Assembly: GCA_947495775.1 (NCBI GenBank)
Contig: CANMAQ010000010.1
Location: 22,693-86,692, forward strand
Reading direction: 5' to 3'
From: Tamlana algarum
GTDB lineage: Bacteria > Bacteroidota > Bacteroidia > Flavobacteriales > Flavobacteriaceae
Length of the DNA: 64,000 nt
Position 1 is the first letter of the stretch, and every line of letters starts with the position of its first letter. The translations under genes were made by a program, and so were the position numbers. Shown here piece after piece: positions 58,549 through 64,000 of the stretch. The notes beneath the pieces were generated by a model. That model made no database searches. It was given only the letters and a program-made list of their open reading frames with translations, and was not told the origin of the DNA.

Positions 58549-61254
58549 TTAAAGTTCGTAGCGCAATCTAAACGTTACAAAACGTGGCTGTATAAAATAC
58601 GCTGACGTAAAAACAGAAACATTTGTATTACCGTTCTGTATTTGAGATTGTGTATTCAATAAATTTGTAACCTTTATTGTGTACTCCCATTTCGCATTTT
58701 TAGATTTGCGATAAGACAGCGAAGCATCCCAAATTTCGAACTCTTGAGGGGAACTATTAGGATTACTTTGCCTATTATAAGTGTAACTGGTTAAAAATGA
58801 GAACGACTTCCAAATATAGACATCGAAAGACGCCGAGGGTGCATTCGTCGTAAATACTGTGCGTCTTCCGCCTTGGAGGTTCGTATTCACCCTATACCGA
58901 TAAGACATTTTAAAATTGGGAGCTTCTTTAAAATTAGAACGCAATTCTGGTATGTACGTTTGGCTATAACTTTCATTTAAAGCCCGTTCTCCTTGAATAA
59001 ACTGATTGAATTTAGTATAATCAAATCTTGTATTTAAACCCAACCTTAATTTCCCAAAGGTACGTTGTATACGTCCATTAGCTGTGATGTTTTCATCTGT
59101 AAATCCTGAATTGAAAAACGTATTTGTCCGAACGACATTCTCAAAACTGGACAACGATCGTATTTGATCTATCGTATTACTATAACTCACTCTCGCAAAT
59201 ACATTCGTGTAATTGAATAAATTAAAACTACGGTAAAATAAACTAACTGTATTAGTTATCGCATTTTGCAACTCTGGATTTCCTATAGCAATACTATTAA
59301 AATTATTCAAAACAATACCTCTTGCTAAATTAGTGACATCTGTAAATTGATTTTGCATCCTATAACGCAGTGTTAAACTTTCACTCTTTTTTAACTGAAT
59401 ACGAGTTTCAAAGCTCGGCAAGAGTAAAGAAAAGTCCTCTTGAACTTCTTGCGAAAATTGTTCATTACCGTACTTATAAATATGTCCCGACACTCCTGGC
59501 GTAAATGTAAACTTGCCTAACTTTAAAGTGTATTTGGCACCTACATAATAATCTCCAAAATTGTATTTCGCAGTATTAATAGCAATACCATTGTTTATAA
59601 TTGGTTCTGGATTTAAACGTGTTTCATTGTCTAATATTTGAAATAAATTAGAATCGAAATCTTGACGGCTTATAATAGTGCCCAAAGTAAAATTAATATT
59701 ACTTTTTGCATTTAAAACATACCAATAATCTAATTTAGCATCTAATTGATGGGTCTTAACCTGCCTATCTTGGTTTACATTGTAACCTATCTGGCTGGCG
59801 TCTAAACCCAAATTATCGGCCACATTCCTATAATTATCTTGATCCTCTAAAATTGCATTGTAAAACGGATCCTCGTTTTTTAACAAATGCTGTGTTTCAA
59901 AAGCAAAAATGTGAGCTGTACTTAACGTGTAATAGTAGTTTATATTTTGACTTACACTAAATGGCGTATTAGCTTCAAATTGACGCGTCGCTCCCAGAAC
60001 TGAAGAAACCAATTGTCTGTCTTGAGTCTCTTTTGTGAGACGCCCTAAAACATCATAATCCAATTGATGATTTGCATTTGGTTTGTAAACTGTACTAAGT
60101 TTAAGCAAACCTATATCTGAACGTTGACGGGTTAATTGATCTGTCTCTTCATCTGGGATTTCTAAATTAGGATTTGTAAATTGTATGGATTGTTTTTGAC
60201 GAATATCAACATGGCTGCTATTAAAAATCCCAAAACCACTTACATCTAAAGTTTTATAAGGTGCATAACTAAAATTACTAGCTGCTAATTGGTTTTCTAT
60301 ATTTTGTGCGCGATTATTTTGTACTGCTAGAAACCCCAAACCATTAGTTCCTAAATTTAAGTTTGTACCACTATCTCTTCCTGGCGCACGAAAACCGCCT
60401 CCAAAACCTCTTAAATCACTCCTAGAAAGCGCTGGTTCCCCTGTATTATTTAAATCGCCAATAAAATTCACACTATACTTAGGACTGTAGTAAAACAGTT
60501 TAGGTTGTGCAATATACAACTCATCTTCTGAAGATGTCCCTCCACCTGCCGTGATATTACCAAACCAAAAGTTTTTTTTACCTTCTTTTAATTTGATATT
60601 TATGGCATAGTTATCTTGGTTATTCGTAACACCTTTTAATTGATCTACTTCTGAAAAATTTTTAAGGACTTGTACTTTATCTACCGCATTAGACGGAATG
60701 TTTTTTGTTGCTAACTTTGTATCCCCATCAAAAAAATCTTTTCCATCTACCATAAGTTTGGTAACGCGTTGTCCTTCTACTTCTATTTGCCCTTCATCAT
60801 TAACTTCTACACCAGGCAATTTTTCTAAAATATCTTCTAATTTTCGTTCTGTACCATTTTTGAAAGCATCAGCATTATAAATTAAAGTATCACCTTTAAT
60901 CGTTACTGGTAAATCATAGGTTAACTCGACTGCTTCTAACGCATTGTCTAAAGTCATTGTTATATTTTTAGTTATAGCCGTAGCTTCTGTACTTATAGCA
61001 TCTTCATAGGTTTTCATTCCAATATAACTCACCTGTAACGTATAGCTAGAGTTTTTACTTAAAGTTAACACATACGCTCCTTTATCATTTGTTATTCCAT
61101 AAGACTCCATTGTAGAGGTCTTCTCGTTTATCGCTATAACATTTGCTAATTCTAACGGTTTGCCTATACTATCTGTTACAATCCCCCTAAGTTTTACCTG
61201 CGAAAACCCTAAAGTTACTATTAGGCTAAAAAGCAGTGTTATTTTATGTGTCAT
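58549..61254 (-). CDS. outer-membrane beta-barrel protein with carboxypeptidase-regulatory-like and plug-like N-terminal domains
   Basis: VTIKGDTLIYNA.AF, LEDILEKLPGVEV, VDGKDFF, INIKLKE, C-terminal aromatic strand QPRFVTFRLRYEL. Confidence 0.88.
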   Translation of the reverse strand: MTHKITLLFSLIVTLGFSQVKLRGIVTDSIGKPLELANVIAINEKTSTMESYGITNDKGAYVLTLSKNSSYTLQVSYIGMKTYEDAISTEATAITKNITMTLDNALEAVELTYDLPVTIKGDTLIYNADAFKNGTERKLEDILEKLPGVEVNDEGQIEVEGQRVTKLMVDGKDFFDGDTKLATKNIPSNAVDKVQVLKNFSEVDQLKGVTNNQDNYAINIKLKEGKKNFWFGNITAGGGTSSEDELYIAQPKLFYYSPKYSVNFIGDLNNTGEPALSRSDLRGFGGGFRAPGRDSGTNLNLGTNGLGFLAVQNNRAQNIENQLAASNFSYAPYKTLDVSGFGIFNSSHVDIRQKQSIQFTNPNLEIPDEETDQLTRQRSDIGLLKLSTVYKPNANHQLDYDVLGRLTKETQDRQLVSSVLGATRQFEANTPFSVSQNINYYYTLSTAHIFAFETQHLLKNEDPFYNAILEDQDNYRNVADNLGLDASQIGYNVNQDRQVKTHQLDAKLDYWYVLNAKSNINFTLGTIISRQDFDSNLFQILDNETRLNPEPIINNGIAINTAKYNFGDYYVGAKYTLKLGKFTFTPGVSGHIYKYGNEQFSQEVQEDFSLLLPSFETRIQLKKSESLTLRYRMQNQFTDVTNLARGIVLNNFNSIAIGNPELQNAITNTVSLFYRSFNLFNYTNVFARVSYSNTIDQIRSLSSFENVVRTNTFFNSGFTDENITANGRIQRTFGKLRLGLNTRFDYTKFNQFIQGERALNESYSQTYIPELRSNFKEAPNFKMSYRYRVNTNLQGGRRTVFTTNAPSASFDVYIWKSFSFLTSYTYNRQSNPNSSPQEFEIWDASLSYRKSKNAKWEYTIKVTNLLNTQSQIQNGNTNVSVFTSAYFIQPRFVTFRLRYEL

Positions 61255-61278
61255 ATCTTTTAAGAGGTTGTGTTTATA

Positions 61279-62124
61279 TTAACGTCTTCCACCTTGGTTT
61301 CCGCCGCGCCTTCTAAAAGTGCTGCGCATTTCCTGAAACTTTTTAATAGCGATTGTGCGATAAGCTTCTGGCGTTACAATCTTTCCTTTAGAAGGCGCCT
61401 TGAGTGTTAATTTATCTTTAGGATTTAATACAATTTTAGAACACAAAATTGTTGTACGATCTGTATTGATTTGTAAAATTAATCCTGGCAGTCCCCAAAA
61501 GCTAGCAGGTCCTTGATTTACGGGAATTTGTAGCGTATACCAAGCTTCAACAACAATAGGCTTAGGTGCTTCCTCTGTAACAGTCTCACTGTCTTCACCT
61601 GCTGTTGAAGCTCCTCTAAGAGCAGTAAAATCGAAATCTTCCCATGTTTGAATTGCTGTAGCTTTAAAACAGGTATACCCTCCAATTTGCTTAGTATCCC
61701 CAGTAATTTTCCATTCTAACTTAGGTAGTTTATCTTCAACTAAGAACACTTTTCCAAATAGCTCATGCTTATTTAGCAAAGCTTTAGTCTTTACATTTTT
61801 ATACGTCACACCATCTATAGCTCCAGACATCATGCCTCTAAAACGTCCCCTTTGATTTTCACCCTGAGTCACTAACTTTTCCTCTTCTTTATAAATAGAT
61901 TCTATACGATTAAAAGTTAAAATAAATGTTTTTTGAAACATTTGTTTTAGGCGCTCAGCCATACGTTGCTTTTGTACTTCTGTCATATCGGGACGTCCAA
62001 ATTTATTCATGTCTACCGATGTTCTAGATTGATAATACGCCTTGCCTTGAAAATCTTGGGCTAGCACTACAAAGTTTAGCCCGATACAACAAATTACCAA
62101 TACATACTTTAATCGTAAATTCAT
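61279..62124 (-). CDS. GLPGLI family protein
   Basis: WKITGDTKQIGGYTCFKA, AWYT.QIPV..GP..FWGLPGLI. Confidence 0.95.
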   Translation of the reverse strand: MNLRLKYVLVICCIGLNFVVLAQDFQGKAYYQSRTSVDMNKFGRPDMTEVQKQRMAERLKQMFQKTFILTFNRIESIYKEEEKLVTQGENQRGRFRGMMSGAIDGVTYKNVKTKALLNKHELFGKVFLVEDKLPKLEWKITGDTKQIGGYTCFKATAIQTWEDFDFTALRGASTAGEDSETVTEEAPKPIVVEAWYTLQIPVNQGPASFWGLPGLILQINTDRTTILCSKIVLNPKDKLTLKAPSKGKIVTPEAYRTIAIKKFQEMRSTFRRRGGNQGGRR

Positions 62125-62152
62125 AGTTCTATTTTAAAATGCACTTAAAATT

Positions 62153-62179
62153 TAGACGCCATTAAATCTTTTTAGTTTA
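62153..62179 (-). promoter_or_regulatory. candidate ECF-sigma promoter TAAAC-N16-CGTCTA
   Basis: Minus strand reads TAAAC TAAAAAGATTTAATGG CGTCTA; matches 4278-4305. Confidence 0.5.
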
Positions 62180-62296
62180 AACACTTTATCTTAAAAAAAT
62201 GTTAAAAAACAAATCAGGTTGCTTACACCTCTTTTTAGTATTAAAAACGTATGATATCCCTAAAATGGTTTGATTTTTGTATTTTTCACTACTAAT

Positions 62297-63079
62297 ATGA
62301 GGACACTATTCTATTTTTTTTTGTGGGTTAGCTTTTCAATTAAAGCACAAAGCACTATTCGTACAACGCTAATAAAGGAAACACCTGTAATTGCTGATGC
62401 TATTATTGGTATCGATAACTTTGGCACCGTTTTTTTCACCAAAACAAATACAATCTATAAAAAAAGTCTTGAAAAGACCATTAGCTACAACAACCTACAA
62501 TTAGGAGCGCTTACATCGGCTAACAGTTTCAATCCTTTAAAAATTAATCTATTTTACCAAGAACTCAACACGCTCATTATCTTAGATAACCGTTTAGCTG
62601 AAATTTTCAAAATAGATTTTAATACCATTGCCAACTACAAAAATGTCTCTCACGTTACTACAGGTTTCGATAATACCGTTTGGTTATTTAATCAAGATGA
62701 TCAAATATTAGAAGTCTTCGATTATAAAAAACAAAAAACCATAGCTAGAACCTTGCGTCCTATCGATAGCCCCATTTTAGACATGACTAGTAATTATAAC
62801 TATTGTTATGTACTAACACCTAAAAAACTTCTAGTTTATAATTATTTTGGAAGCCTTGTGAGAACCTTTGAAAACACTGGATTTGAAACTATTGAAGAGG
62901 ATAATGAAACCTTATACTTAAAAAAAGGAAACACCTTAGTTCTTATAAAACCAAAAGATAACACACTCACCCCTATCAACTTAGAAGATATTTTAATAAC
63001 TCAATTTTTTGTAACCAACGAAACCTTGTATATTTACAACAATAAATCCCTCCAAGAACTCCAAATAAACACTAAATAA
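62297..63079 (+). CDS. secreted hypothetical protein (beta-rich)
   Basis: ATG at 62297 gives a signal peptide (FSIKA|Q); 7 nt upstream of the kinase gene. Confidence 0.75.
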   Translation: MRTLFYFFLWVSFSIKAQSTIRTTLIKETPVIADAIIGIDNFGTVFFTKTNTIYKKSLEKTISYNNLQLGALTSANSFNPLKINLFYQELNTLIILDNRLAEIFKIDFNTIANYKNVSHVTTGFDNTVWLFNQDDQILEVFDYKKQKTIARTLRPIDSPILDMTSNYNYCYVLTPKKLLVYNYFGSLVRTFENTGFETIEEDNETLYLKKGNTLVLIKPKDNTLTPINLEDILITQFFVTNETLYIYNNKSLQELQINTK

Positions 63080-63086
63080 CACGACT

Positions 63087-63701
63087 ATGCATATCGCTGT
63101 TGCTGGAAATATCGGCGCTGGTAAAACAACGCTCACTAAACTACTTGCAAAACATTACAAATGGGAAGCTCAACTTGAAGATGTGGTGGACAACCCTTAT
63201 TTAGACGATTTTTACAATCAAATGGAACGCTGGAGTTTCAATTTACAAGTTTATTTTTTAAATAGCCGCTTTCGTCAAGTTTTACAAATTAGAGAAAGTG
63301 GAAAAGACATCATACAAGACCGTACCATTTATGAAGATGCCCACATCTTTGCGCCAAACCTACATGCCATGGGCTTAATGACGAATAGAGATTACGAAAA
63401 TTACAGATCTTTATTTGATTTAATGGAATCGTTAGTACAGGGTCCCGATTTACTAATTTATTTACGCAGCTCCATACCTAACTTAGTCTCTCAAATTCAT
63501 AAACGAGGTAGAGATTACGAAAATTCGATTAGTATCGATTATTTAAGCCGCCTAAATGAACGTTACGAAGCTTGGATTCATAATTATACCAAAGGTAAAT
63601 TACTTATTATCGATGTAGATAATTTAAATTTTGTAGACAAACCCGAAGACCTAGGACATGTTATCAATACTATAGATGCAGAAATTAACGGCCTGTTTTA
63701 A
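63087..63701 (+). CDS. deoxynucleoside kinase
   Basis: GNIGAGKTT P-loop, LQVYFL.SRF, QDRTIYED, RGRDYE. Confidence 0.94.
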   Translation: MHIAVAGNIGAGKTTLTKLLAKHYKWEAQLEDVVDNPYLDDFYNQMERWSFNLQVYFLNSRFRQVLQIRESGKDIIQDRTIYEDAHIFAPNLHAMGLMTNRDYENYRSLFDLMESLVQGPDLLIYLRSSIPNLVSQIHKRGRDYENSISIDYLSRLNERYEAWIHNYTKGKLLIIDVDNLNFVDKPEDLGHVINTIDAEINGLF

Positions 63702-63833
63702 ATCGCTTTGTTATTTCGTTAAAACTATATTAAAACAACTACAAATTTGCGTTTTAGTCAATTTCTTAATGTTAATTTGTAATGAACCTTACAACCAATC
63801 GCCTAACCCCTTAGATCACTTTAAGCTTTTAAA

Positions 63834-64000
63834 ATGAAACAGCTCTTATTCTTCTTCGTATTCATCTACTCAAGTCTTGGGTTTTCCCAAATTTTTAATC
63901 CTGTTTTATGGGAAACAAAAACAGAAAAAATATCCGATACGGAATATAAACTTATTTCTATTGCTAAAGTCGAAAAGGGCTGGCATTTATACGCACAAGA
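63834..64000 (+). CDS. 3'-truncated DsbD N-terminal-type protein
   Basis: MKQLLFFFVFIYSSLGFSQIFNPVLWETKTEKISDTEYKLISIAKVEKGWHLYAQ; the PV.W and GWHLY motifs match DsbD-N-like domains. Confidence 0.75.
   Translation, partial: MKQLLFFFVFIYSSLGFSQIFNPVLWETKTEKISDTEYKLISIAKVEKGWHLYAQ

Noticed and set aside
1132-60880. Many 60-130 aa ORFs in the track (e.g. 1132-1383, 14069-14365, 32506-32895, 41306-41602, 55923-56279)
   Set aside because: They lie antisense to or out of frame within well-supported genes and show no motifs; treated as shadow ORFs.
12323-62210. Scattered TTAAC repeats (12323-12348, 4246-4262, about 62190-62210) as Pho-like boxes
   Set aside because: Such words are frequent in AT-rich intergenic DNA and cannot be told from chance without a background model.
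1-64000. CRISPR arrays, tRNA/rRNA genes, transposases, integrases, prophage genes
   Set aside because: No regularly spaced repeat-spacer pattern, RNA gene signature or recombinase motif was seen. A tRNAscan/Infernal run would be needed to exclude small RNAs formally.

Overview
AT-rich chromosomal window from a marine-type Flavobacteriaceae (Bacteroidota). Support: SusC/SusD pair, hybrid two-component system (HTCS), GLPGLI, GSCFA, DUF4136 and DUF4230 genes, and TAnnTTTG -7 promoter boxes. Housekeeping genes (hemL, alaS, der, era, FKBP PPIase, deoxynucleoside kinase, start of a DsbD-type gene) are interleaved with accessory blocks. (1) 19.9-27.5 kb: six co-oriented genes whose LytS-type kinase, LytTR regulator, TlpA-type thioredoxin protein and two secreted proteins are built from shuffled copies of three unnamed domains (called X, Y, Z here). 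The kinase sensor region consists of the same Y-Y tandem found in the secreted protein encoded just upstream. This is the best candidate for an undescribed system. (2) 32.5-36.9 kb: a divergent pair of a DUF5060 putative glycoside hydrolase and a Kelch protein. (3) 37.1-55.1 kb: a beta-glucan (laminarin-type) PUL with GH16, HTCS, SusC, SusD, an FG-GAP/ASPIC-UnbV protein, a PKD lipoprotein and GH3. (4) 55.1-57.4 kb: a TetR / flavin monooxygenase divergon with a visible operator. (5) An orphan HEPN-like ORF behind an inverted-repeat element, then a GLPGLI / outer-membrane barrel pair. I saw no rRNA, tRNA, CRISPR array, transposase or integrase. All family calls come from motif recognition by eye, not from database searches.
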